A program made the translations under genes and the position numbers. From the NCBI GenBank assembly GCA_028714535.1, contig JAQTME010000005.1, forward strand, positions 2,781 through 66,780: a DNA stretch of 64,000 nucleotides. The letters run 5' to 3'. The DNA comes from Candidatus Iainarchaeum sp. GTDB taxonomy: Archaea > Micrarchaeota > Micrarchaeia > Anstonellales > Bilamarchaeaceae. The notes beneath the pieces were generated by a model. It was not told where the DNA came from. It worked only from the letters and a program-made list of their open reading frames with translations, and did no database searches. Positions 37,003-46,320 of this stretch are shown piece after piece; position 1 is the stretch's first letter; each line of letters starts with the position of its first letter.

Positions 37003-37695
37003 ATGGTATTCTCAATCATAAACCAGTACGAGAAGGGCGTGCGCTTCGTATGGGGCAGGTACGACGCGGTCGTCGGCCCGGGCTTCGTGTGGAACATCCC
37101 GCTGTACCATAACATCCGCACGCTCGACATGCGCACCAAGACCATACCCATCCCGCCGCAGGAGGCGATGACCAAGGACAACGTGCCTGTGAAGATAACC
37201 GCGGTGGTGTACTACAGGATAGTCGACCCGCTCAAGGTGGTCATGGCCATAGTCGACTACAATTTCGCGATATCGCAGTACGCGCAGACGGCCGTGCGCG
37301 ACGTAGTCGGCAACAACGAGCTGGATTTCGTGCTCGCGGACAGGGACAAGATAGCCGAGGAGATAGAGAAGCTCGTGGACGAGGAGACCAAGGGCTGGGG
37401 GCTCGACGTTTCTGCCATTAAATTGCAGGACATCGAGCTGCCCGAGGACATGAAGCGGGCCATGGCACGCCAGGCCGAGGCCGAGAGGGAGAAGCGGGCG
37501 ACGATAATACTCAGCGAGGCGGAATTCCAGTCCTCGAACAACTACGCTGACGCAGCGCGCAAGCTGTCGAAGATAGAGGGCGCCCTGCACCTTCGCACGT
37601 TGCAGACTCTCGCCACCAACGTCTCGTCAGAGGACTCGCCGACGCACCTCTGGATGCTTCCGACCCAGATAATGAAGTTCTTCGAGAAGAAATAG
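37003..37695 (+). CDS. Second SPFH/stomatin-like protein lacking the N-terminal membrane segment
   Basis: QYEKGVRF, QEAMTKDNVP, AQTAVRDVVG, AMARQAEAEREKRA. It starts directly at the SPFH core. Confidence 0.9.
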   Translation: MVFSIINQYEKGVRFVWGRYDAVVGPGFVWNIPLYHNIRTLDMRTKTIPIPPQEAMTKDNVPVKITAVVYYRIVDPLKVVMAIVDYNFAISQYAQTAVRDVVGNNELDFVLADRDKIAEEIEKLVDEETKGWGLDVSAIKLQDIELPEDMKRAMARQAEAEREKRATIILSEAEFQSSNNYADAARKLSKIEGALHLRTLQTLATNVSSEDSPTHLWMLPTQIMKFFEKK

Positions 37696-37696
37696 C

Positions 37697-37777
37697 TCAT
37701 TCTTCAAGCGGCGGGCAATAGGACAGGAACGAGAGCAAGAAGACGAAGATGCCTAATGCAAGGGAAACTGACACTGC
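37697..37777 (-). pseudogene. Possible 3' remnant of a membrane-protein gene at the island's left edge
   Basis: In frame after the ATPase TGA the sequence reads AVSVSLALGIFVFLLSFLSYCPPLEE-stop. Confidence 0.35.
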
Positions 37778-39979
37778 TCAAATTTTAGCATTGGCGGCAG
37801 TTTTTGACAGTGATCTAAGTGTCACAACGACAACATTTTTGAGTCCTGCCAAAGCCGTTTCGTAGCGTTTTTTCTGCTTTTTGTTTATGACAACGACGAT
37901 GACCGCCCCATAGCCCTGGGCAAACCTCTTTCTAACCTGTGAAAGGAATTGATCTAGCTTACTTACGCCGGTTTCGACTTCTATTGCGATTTTTTCGTTG
38001 AAAATAAGGTCGGGGTTGCCCCAGCTATTTAGAATCTTGACCGAACCGATTTTGTTGAGTTCGTTGCAGGTCTTTTCAATAAGGATTTTATGGAAACTGG
38101 TTTCCTGACGTGAGGGGCTGGGAAGTTCATAGAATATTTCAACGCCATAAGGGATTTCCACGGGTTCATACTGGATAACCTTGCCCTCTTTTATGAGACC
38201 TTGTAGATACATCCACGCATGCCTGGGGGTACAATTAAGCTTCAGATGGATAGTAGTAGTTGTTAACGCTCCAGTTTCTTTCAACAACTGCAAAATCTTC
38301 TCCTTTTGAGGGACGTGGGGTATGACTGGCGCGCCGTCCAACACTTCTAGAGGGGATATCTCTGGCTCTTTGGTTTTGGAGGGTAGATTAGACTGGGGGC
38401 GTGGAAATTCACCGGCCAGTGTAATTTTGATTATAGAGTAATGATTGTGCGGGCCTATCAGCAGTGCCTCGCCCTTCCTGAGCCCATTCATGACCGATTG
38501 CAGCAACCCTGGAACTATCCCCGTCATGCGCTCCAAAACGGCCATATCAGCGCCTGAAGGCGTCCTGAAGCAGATGATGTTGCCGAAATTGGCTGAAAAC
38601 CCCGGCGGGAAGTCCGTCAGGTTCTGCGATGCGACGATGAGCCTGCCGTCGAACTTGCCTGATTCCCTAGCTATGCGCACGGTGCTGGTCTCGCAGCCCT
38701 TTTCCGAAAGGAACCGGGTATTGAGCCGGTGTGCCTCGTCTATGACAATGTTCGTCGGCTGCCTTGCCTCGATGAGAAGAGCCAGATAGCGGCGCAGGAT
38801 ACTTTCGGCGTAGAAATCAGCAGCATCCCTGTCGCGTATGCCCGAGAAGTCAAAGATTACGTTTCGGTTTCCCTTAGTGAATTGCCATAGCGCATTTATT
38901 CCTTCGGCATAGCGAGCCAATTTTTCTAGACGAAGGGACAACCCTGTGAGCCGGTCTTTATCTGTGAAGGACTTGGCAGTCGCCGCATCCCTGTCTATAC
39001 TAGCAAGTGCAGCTGCCTGATTCTGGTATTCTTCGAGTTTATTCTTCAAGATGGCGAGTTGGACCTCGCCGGTGGCTTCAAAAGCTACCAAAAACGCATC
39101 TACGAAATCCGAAACGATATTTTCAACTTTTTCGTCCGGATAGTTGGGGGCCAGAGGATTGTAATCCCGAGCATCAACCACAACAAATCCATGATCAGTC
39201 AGGAAACGGTACTCCCCGTGGTAGTCCAGGATGGCATTGCCACGGCCTTCTTTCGTAACGGCCTTATAGTGGTTTCGCAGATACAACCAAAGCCAGCCGG
39301 AGATGGCAAGGCTCACAACGATATCCAGCACCCAGCCTGCATACACGTCCGTCTGGGTCATAGGTCCAAACTGGAGCAGGTATATGACAAGCATAATCGG
39401 TGTGATCAGCATCGCCACAAGCACAAAAAAGACAACCAGTGGAATCAGATGAGGTACGGTCGAAAGTAATAACAGCCGCAGAGCGTCCGAAGATGACGTA
39501 TTTCCCAGCAGTTTCAGGAGGAGGGTTTTCACTGTGCTACTCTTGCCAGTCTGGCTCCCTCCTATTACAAGGATGTGTGGGCTTGAACTTTTCGTGTCAA
39601 GGGTTATTTTTCGGCCTGCAATGTACCTACTGAACTTCCAGCCGTCGTCCGTATGCTCGAATCTACCCAGCTCTTGGGCAACCTGGAGACCCTGCGAGGA
39701 GTAAAAATGGCTTGAAGCATGCCACAACAACCATGACAACGCAGTAAGTAGGATGGCAGGGATAATGGCTATAATCAGAAAAATAGGGAAGCATAAGCAC
39801 ATGCTAGGCTGGATAGCGGGAGTGGGGGAAAAAATGAAAAGCAGGATGATCGAAACAGCGTAAAACACGAAAAACAGCAGGCCCCACCTACCGACCCTTA
39901 TCGGCTTGCCAGGTCTGTTGCCGTGGACTGGAGATGAGCGAGGTTTGAAAACGTGGAAGTACATATCTTGAATACGCAT
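37778..39979 (-). CDS. Membrane-bound HerA/VirB4-like ATPase fused to wHTH and PD-(D/E)xK-like domain
   Basis: PHILVIGGSQTGKS (Walker A), ILDYHGEY, IVIDEAH (Walker B), IVASQ. Hydrophobic helices occur at the N-terminus and inside the ATPase. C-terminal FH...PDLIFNEKIAIEVETG. Confidence 0.8.
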   Translation of the reverse strand: MRIQDMYFHVFKPRSSPVHGNRPGKPIRVGRWGLLFFVFYAVSIILLFIFSPTPAIQPSMCLCFPIFLIIAIIPAILLTALSWLLWHASSHFYSSQGLQVAQELGRFEHTDDGWKFSRYIAGRKITLDTKSSSPHILVIGGSQTGKSSTVKTLLLKLLGNTSSSDALRLLLLSTVPHLIPLVVFFVLVAMLITPIMLVIYLLQFGPMTQTDVYAGWVLDIVVSLAISGWLWLYLRNHYKAVTKEGRGNAILDYHGEYRFLTDHGFVVVDARDYNPLAPNYPDEKVENIVSDFVDAFLVAFEATGEVQLAILKNKLEEYQNQAAALASIDRDAATAKSFTDKDRLTGLSLRLEKLARYAEGINALWQFTKGNRNVIFDFSGIRDRDAADFYAESILRRYLALLIEARQPTNIVIDEAHRLNTRFLSEKGCETSTVRIARESGKFDGRLIVASQNLTDFPPGFSANFGNIICFRTPSGADMAVLERMTGIVPGLLQSVMNGLRKGEALLIGPHNHYSIIKITLAGEFPRPQSNLPSKTKEPEISPLEVLDGAPVIPHVPQKEKILQLLKETGALTTTTIHLKLNCTPRHAWMYLQGLIKEGKVIQYEPVEIPYGVEIFYELPSPSRQETSFHKILIEKTCNELNKIGSVKILNSWGNPDLIFNEKIAIEVETGVSKLDQFLSQVRKRFAQGYGAVIVVVINKKQKKRYETALAGLKNVVVVTLRSLSKTAANAKI

Positions 39980-39988
39980 AGTTACTGT

Positions 39989-40126
39989 TTATTTAGCTAA
40001 AATATTATTAACCACAGCTAAGCGACCCAAGTGGGCTAATTGGTTTATTCCAATCAGCTGGATTGAGCCGTCTTTTATCTCAGCCATGTTTCGGGAATCG
40101 CCCATAACCACGGTGGTTTTTGCCAT
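39989..40126 (-). pseudogene. Truncated N4/N6 DNA methyltransferase relic
   Basis: MAKTTVVMGDSRNMAEIKDGSIQLI matches the usual beta-class MTase N-terminus (GDSR.M.E..D.S..LI), breaks off just before the expected VTSPPY motif and stops after 45 codons. Confidence 0.7.
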
Positions 40127-40280
40127 GGTTGAAGTTATTTCTCAGGGGGCTATTTTATGCGAAGTGCCCAATTGGGCAGAAAATGACCAATCTAAGAAGA
40201 TCTGTTTGACGAATCAAGCAGAAACTTAAAAAAAATCAATAAGATTAAGAAGTTGATAGACGTAAATCGAATCTGTTTCA

Positions 40281-41234
40281 ATGATACCCGATACGATATA
40301 TAACAAAATAATTAAACGAATTCGAGTTGACGACAGTTGGATTAAAAAAAATCTCGTTGAGCATGGTGTAAGCACCGCGTCTAAAGTCAAAATAAGGATA
40401 TACAGTATTGCATTTTCTGGAAATCAAGAGGAATATCTTGGTTTTATAGGCACCATCTTGGGGAAGATATCAGATTATGTTTTCAGTCAAAAGGAAATAA
40501 AAAAAATTAAAAAGGAAGGGGGGAGTCCGGATATAAACGCCGCATCTTTCTTTGGAGATATTGACCCCCAGAAAGATGGTAAATACGGAGAATTCATACT
40601 GTTTTTGTTTGTGGAGGCAGTCCTAAAGTGCCCTATGATTGCGCATAAGATTCAAACATACAACCCCAATGATCAAGTTAAAGGTAGCGATGGATTGTTT
40701 TTTGGAAAGTATGATGGCCAACAAGCGTTACTAATCGGAGAAGCAAAAATGGGATTGGATAATTCAACGTACATTAACAACGCGCTTACGTCACTTGATA
40801 GGTTTTATATAAGTCATGGCGGAGGATCAACTTTAGACCATGAGTTGTTAGTGACAAGAAGTAATATATCCACTGATTTTTCTAAAGATGAATTAGATTA
40901 TTTATATGAAGTGCTTAGCCCTGGATCTCAAGAATATAAAAACAATGTCAAGGTACATCCGATATTAATTATATACAATGATACAAACCTAAATCGAATA
41001 GAAACCGAATCTAAAAACAAAGCTGAAGCTGAACAAAAAGTTAAGGGAATCATGCCCGGGTTATTTGAAGAACTAACAAAAAAAGTCAAAACAAAGATAG
41101 CTGAAAACCATACTGAGTTATCAAAAGTTTATCTCGACTTCTTTTTTATCCCGACTAGCGACGTAACCCGACTTAGAGGAGAATTTTATCGAAAATTACA
41201 CGGTGCAGCGTATAAAGAAGGGAAGACTGATTAA
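40281..41234 (+). CDS. hamA: Hachiman nuclease subunit HamA (DUF1837)
   Basis: GKYGEFILFLFVE...PMIAHKI...VKGSDGLF...LIGEAK, coupled to a downstream SF2 helicase. Confidence 0.85.
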   Translation: MIPDTIYNKIIKRIRVDDSWIKKNLVEHGVSTASKVKIRIYSIAFSGNQEEYLGFIGTILGKISDYVFSQKEIKKIKKEGGSPDINAASFFGDIDPQKDGKYGEFILFLFVEAVLKCPMIAHKIQTYNPNDQVKGSDGLFFGKYDGQQALLIGEAKMGLDNSTYINNALTSLDRFYISHGGGSTLDHELLVTRSNISTDFSKDELDYLYEVLSPGSQEYKNNVKVHPILIIYNDTNLNRIETESKNKAEAEQKVKGIMPGLFEELTKKVKTKIAENHTELSKVYLDFFFIPTSDVTRLRGEFYRKLHGAAYKEGKTD

Positions 41235-43871
41235 ATGACCGATACATATGATTCGGCATATGAACATGCAACATTGAATGATCTCCTGGATAAATTAATT
41301 ACTAATCAATTCTACCGTGATTTGAAAATTAATGCTAGAGAAACTATCAGCGACGAAGAATTACTTAAAGCTGCTTGGCTCGCTTCAATTCTTTCTTTAA
41401 GTGAAGAGGATAAACACAAATCCAAGGCTTTGGCCTTTGCAGTCTTAGCTTATTTGCAAAAAACTAAGGATTCCAGGTTCACAAAGCTATGTTTTGTTAT
41501 TATCTCCAGAGTGGGGAACGCCCCGTTAAGTGATCATCTAAAAGAGTTCAACGATATCGATCGTTTGATTCAATTTGGTTTTGACAACATTTTAAGCATG
41601 GAATTGAAATTAGAAAACGACCTTTCAAAATTAGATGTGGGAGATAAAACGATTCGGGTTTCTGAATACCAACATAACATCTGGGAATTGATAAATGAAA
41701 AACAGTACATAACCATCTCTGGGCCAACTTCTTCGGGAAAATCATTTATTATCCAAAATTATTTAGCAAAAACTTTTAGGGGGCAGGAGGAATACAAGTG
41801 TATCTACGTGGTGCCAACTAAAGCATTAATATACGAGGTTACTTCTAAACTAAAAAATAGACTAAGAGACTGTGGGGTGAGAATAAAGAATGCCATTAAA
41901 CCTGGGAATGAAGAACAATTTAGCAAAAAAGAGATATTAGTACTTACCCCCGAACGATGCTTGAAATTACTGGAAGGTGAGGGTAAGAATTTTGTTCCAA
42001 ACATTGTATTTTTTGATGAAGTTCAAAAAATTGAAGACGGAGAAAGAGGCGTCTTATTTGAGTATATTCTAAATAGTCTAGCGGTAAATTGGAAAAACAC
42101 AAAATTCATAGTTGCAGGGCCATATTTAAGCGGGTTAGAGGGGACTTTCAAGGATTTAAGTGGTTTTGATGCTCAAGAAATAAAAACCAAATTCGCTTCA
42201 GTTTTTCAAATAATCGCAACTTTACAGTATTATAAAAGAGAAAGAAAAATTTCAGTAATTCTAAAAAGCCCTTCTGGGAGATATATCGAAAAGGACATTC
42301 CTTCCGATAAAAATTTATATGCCAAAGTAAAAAAGGATAAAGGATCTGCAATTTCACAGATTATACGTGAACATTTTAACGATAGTTTTAATTTGATCTA
42401 TTCATATAAGCGAAGCAGCGCAGAGGGTTGGGCAATAAAAATCTCAGATGCCGTAATCTTGCCTGAGGGGTATCACGAGAATGAAAAAATAAGGGAGCTT
42501 AACGAGTATTTGTCTAAAGAAGTCCATCCAAACTACTCTTTAGTTCGATGCCTAGGAAAAAGAGTAGCTTTTCACCATGCTTGCGTGCCGGAAATTGCAC
42601 GTTTGGAATTAGAGGATTTGTATCGTGAGGGACTGATTACTAACATCGTATGTACAACTACCTTACTTGAAGGAATAAATCTTCCAGCAGAAAACATTCT
42701 GGTAATCACCGATAAAAAAGGTGAAAATAATCTTTTAGAAAATTTTGAATTTGGGAATTTAATTGGTCGTGCGGGCAGATTGGATTCACACATTTATGGT
42801 TCTGTTTACTGTATTGAGCTAAATGATGACCAGTGGGCACTGGAGAAAATTAAAACTAACCCAGAGAAAACACTTATTCCTGTGACCACAAAAGCGCTGA
42901 CTGAAATGAAAACCGATTTAATCGAAGCTATTGACAAATCACCAACCCAAATAAAAAACAAAACGGTAAGGTATACGCTTTGTTTGTTGAGACATAAAAT
43001 GTTAAGAAATAGGAGTGACTTTTCGGAATACTTAACAAGTAAGGGATTGGATCAAATGGAGGTGCGTGAGATAAGCGAAAAGATTCAATCGACGTTAAGC
43101 GGGTTAAAAATCCCAGAAACTGTTTTAAAATTAAATCCGACGATAGACCCGCTACTACAAGAACAATTATACCTCCGAATTAAAAACGAAGGAACTCGGG
43201 AATGGTTAATCACTTCGAACCAAAGAAAGTTTCGGCATATAAGTTCAGACAGAGCGCTACCTTTTAGCGATCGGACTTTTTACGGGCAATTCGAAAGTGT
43301 CGCGGATCGGCTGGATGAAATATTTGATATACGTGACGCAAATAATCAAAATGATGAAGATGAAGGCTATTATTTTACGATTACCATGAGGCAGATAACC
43401 CGGTATGCAATCCCTTGGCTACGGGGGTATCCGTATAAAAGTTTAATTGAAAAGGATATTGAAAGTACAAAAATAAAAAGAAAAAAGAACGAACTGTCCG
43501 ATACAGAAATTGATACGATTATCCGAAACGTAATCGATAATGTTAATGAATATGTACGATTTGAACTTGTAAAATATTTTAAACTATGGTCAGATCTCTT
43601 GAAATATATCCTAGAAGAAGAAACGGTTGGACAAAAAAAGTATTATTATCTCTCATTGGATCAGATGCTAGAGTTCGGGTCAGTTAACCCAGCAGTTCTT
43701 GAGCTTATGTCTGAAGGGATTAATCGTTCGGTAGCGCATGAAATTGCCAAACAGATACCTAAGGGCTACAAGGGCTCTGCATTGAAATGGATGAATGAGA
43801 ATCCGCAACTGAAGTTATCCCCGTTATATATACGGCATTTAAAAAATCAGGGATTTTATAGGTTAAATTGA
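41235..43871 (+). CDS. hamB: Hachiman helicase HamB (Ski2-like DEAD/H)
   Basis: SGPTSSGKS, VVPTKAL, LTPER, FFDEVQ, VAFHHA, CTTTLLEGINLPA, NLIGRAGR. Confidence 0.85.
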   Translation: MTDTYDSAYEHATLNDLLDKLITNQFYRDLKINARETISDEELLKAAWLASILSLSEEDKHKSKALAFAVLAYLQKTKDSRFTKLCFVIISRVGNAPLSDHLKEFNDIDRLIQFGFDNILSMELKLENDLSKLDVGDKTIRVSEYQHNIWELINEKQYITISGPTSSGKSFIIQNYLAKTFRGQEEYKCIYVVPTKALIYEVTSKLKNRLRDCGVRIKNAIKPGNEEQFSKKEILVLTPERCLKLLEGEGKNFVPNIVFFDEVQKIEDGERGVLFEYILNSLAVNWKNTKFIVAGPYLSGLEGTFKDLSGFDAQEIKTKFASVFQIIATLQYYKRERKISVILKSPSGRYIEKDIPSDKNLYAKVKKDKGSAISQIIREHFNDSFNLIYSYKRSSAEGWAIKISDAVILPEGYHENEKIRELNEYLSKEVHPNYSLVRCLGKRVAFHHACVPEIARLELEDLYREGLITNIVCTTTLLEGINLPAENILVITDKKGENNLLENFEFGNLIGRAGRLDSHIYGSVYCIELNDDQWALEKIKTNPEKTLIPVTTKALTEMKTDLIEAIDKSPTQIKNKTVRYTLCLLRHKMLRNRSDFSEYLTSKGLDQMEVREISEKIQSTLSGLKIPETVLKLNPTIDPLLQEQLYLRIKNEGTREWLITSNQRKFRHISSDRALPFSDRTFYGQFESVADRLDEIFDIRDANNQNDEDEGYYFTITMRQITRYAIPWLRGYPYKSLIEKDIESTKIKRKKNELSDTEIDTIIRNVIDNVNEYVRFELVKYFKLWSDLLKYILEEETVGQKKYYYLSLDQMLEFGSVNPAVLELMSEGINRSVAHEIAKQIPKGYKGSALKWMNENPQLKLSPLYIRHLKNQGFYRLN

Positions 43872-43929
43872 TGCGTGTGAAACGAGTTATTCGTCAAACG
43901 AAATATTGCTTTTAATTATTTGCAGTATG

Positions 43930-46320
43930 TCAACTAAACGGGAGCGAAGACGCAGCGCTAATGGCCTGATAGAAACTCAAATGTGGTTTTACCTCAGTAC
44001 TGGGGATGAGCTTGTATTCCCACTTATCTCCAGTTTCGCGACTAACATCGGCACACCAGTCTAGAGCTGCTTTCGCTTTCTTCATAACAATTGAACTTTT
44101 ATCGCTAAGATTGATCTCGTCAGCGCGTTTTATCTCAACAATATAATGATGGTTCTTTCTACATTCAACGAAAAAGTCTGGGTTGTAATCCTTAAGTCCG
44201 ATATTTTCATAGGTAATGGGTGATTGCCGTAGTGGTGGTTTTACCCACTTTACAACCTCGCCATCTTTCTCTAAAATGTCGGAAAAAAGCTTCTCTTCTC
44301 TACTATCGAAAATATTCTTTCGGAAAATACTTTTTTGATAGCCTGCAATAACCCTGTCCACACACTCTTGTTGTGTTGATGCCGCTTCACGAGCAATTTC
44401 TGGTTTATCCTTACTGATTTTTCTCTGGAAGACTCTGAACTCTATTGCACTCTCGTTAGTAACATAACGGTTACGTGTAACCCCTGTCTTGGCGATAGAG
44501 ATCTGATTCGATATGTCCACCATGATTTTTCTAAAATGGTTGACTAAAATACGGTTTATGTCCTCTGCACTATGCTGTTTTCTCAACAGTGCAACATACT
44601 CATTAGCAACCCGTCTTGCAAACTCCAGATCCATTTTGTCATTTACATTCAATTCTGTAACGTACCTGAGTATTTTTCTAAAAAGAAATTCCTCCGGTGA
44701 ACCATATTTTCCAATTTCTGGTTTAATGATGTTGATGAGCTCATCTTCTTTGCCGATTATCCCGAGTTGGGTCCCAATGATCTCTACGTCCTGTGCTACG
44801 AGTTTATCATGGCTTAGCTTAGGATGAAATTGAGCCCTGAAATCCTTAATTTCGGTTGTGCCGGCAAAGCTAACCTGGGGGATCCTCATTTTAGATTCTG
44901 GTGTGCCGTCAGGTGAAATGATACTAGTGACCAACTCTGGCTTCTCCTCATCGGCCGTCTGAACTATAATTTCTTCTCCATACTCTTTTTTTGCCTTTTG
45001 TACTATTTCTTCATACTTTTCGTGGGATATGACTTCGAAAGTGTCAATTTCTTCATTGCCAGTTCGTTGATTAGTAAACGGCAATCTGAGACCTCGTCCT
45101 AGTGTTTGTTCAGCCAGTATCTCGCTCGCAGTTTCACGCAATGGGATTAGGGTATACAAATTTTTCACGTCCCAGCCTTCTTTGAGCTTGTTTACGTGGA
45201 TAACAATTTCAGTAGCGTCTGGATTGTTTAATCGTTCAAGTTCTAGAAACTTCTGGATGTCATCTTCATTTTCAGTTTTCGAATGTATCTCTATTGTTTT
45301 GGTTGCATAGTATGGGAACTCGGTACCGATTAATCTTCTTAAACCAGAAGCATGTTCTGTATCTTTGGCACTAATCAGTACGAATGGCGTTACTAACGGA
45401 AGGGCATTCTGTTCGCAGTACTCTCTGATGAGTTCTCGCTTTCTCTCATGCTGCCTTAAGCCCCGTGCAATCTTGGCTCTCTCGAAAGTAGACTCATCGA
45501 AAGATGAGAGTTCATCGTTCCTCCACGCAATGACCCGAGGTATTTTGACATATCCTTTGCTTATTGCATCCTTCAGTCTGAACTCATGCAGAATATTCTT
45601 GAATCTTTTAGGAGTCGCACCGGTAGTTATTGGAGTGGCTGTGAATTCCAGGCAGATTCTTGGCTTGAGATCATTGACAGAATTAAACGAAACCTCAGCT
45701 TTATATCGATGAGATTCGTCCAGCATGACCGCCAACTTACGTTCTGTAAGGAGCTTATACTGACTTAGGCCAAGTTCTTCATCTGGTGCATAGAACTTTC
45801 GTGCATCTTTTTTTGCGGCAAACTTCTCAACGTTTATTATGAATATGTTTACTTCATTCTCATCGAATCTGTAAAGAGCACGTTTGAAATCGTCCGGAAG
45901 TATGACATTGTATCTAAACATGTCAGAAAGCCCAAAAAATAGGTATCTGTCTGTTTTGTTGTTTGGGTCGAGTTCGGTCTTAAGTTTCTCGAACAATGTT
46001 TCTCCTTTAACTACTATGAGAAAGTTCTTGAATTCCTGCTTTTTGTTGAGATAGTAGATGCATGAACCCATCAAGCGCGTTTTTCCTACACCTGTAGCGA
46101 GGGCAAATGTATAGGATGGGAACTGAGTTTCAAACTTGAATCCGGGTACCGCGCTGACCTGTGAGATTGTCTCTATTCTTTCTAATGATTCTTTGCTATA
46201 GTCAAATTCATAGAAGTTGAATTGGTCGCATATTGTAGCGAGTTTTTTTAGTGAAACCTCCTGCGGCTGCCGCCTACTGAGACCCATCTGGGACACTATC
46301 CTATCGACTAGCTCACTCAT
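43930..46320 (-). CDS. res: Type III restriction endonuclease subunit (Res)
   Basis: LATGVGKT, DESH, EFTATP, VNKLKEGWDVKN, EQTLGRGLRLP, C-terminal YNPDF...IVEIK nuclease. Confidence 0.88.
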   Translation of the reverse strand: MSELVDRIVSQMGLSRRQPQEVSLKKLATICDQFNFYEFDYSKESLERIETISQVSAVPGFKFETQFPSYTFALATGVGKTRLMGSCIYYLNKKQEFKNFLIVVKGETLFEKLKTELDPNNKTDRYLFFGLSDMFRYNVILPDDFKRALYRFDENEVNIFIINVEKFAAKKDARKFYAPDEELGLSQYKLLTERKLAVMLDESHRYKAEVSFNSVNDLKPRICLEFTATPITTGATPKRFKNILHEFRLKDAISKGYVKIPRVIAWRNDELSSFDESTFERAKIARGLRQHERKRELIREYCEQNALPLVTPFVLISAKDTEHASGLRRLIGTEFPYYATKTIEIHSKTENEDDIQKFLELERLNNPDATEIVIHVNKLKEGWDVKNLYTLIPLRETASEILAEQTLGRGLRLPFTNQRTGNEEIDTFEVISHEKYEEIVQKAKKEYGEEIIVQTADEEKPELVTSIISPDGTPESKMRIPQVSFAGTTEIKDFRAQFHPKLSHDKLVAQDVEIIGTQLGIIGKEDELINIIKPEIGKYGSPEEFLFRKILRYVTELNVNDKMDLEFARRVANEYVALLRKQHSAEDINRILVNHFRKIMVDISNQISIAKTGVTRNRYVTNESAIEFRVFQRKISKDKPEIAREAASTQQECVDRVIAGYQKSIFRKNIFDSREEKLFSDILEKDGEVVKWVKPPLRQSPITYENIGLKDYNPDFFVECRKNHHYIVEIKRADEINLSDKSSIVMKKAKAALDWCADVSRETGDKWEYKLIPSTEVKPHLSFYQAISAASSLPFS

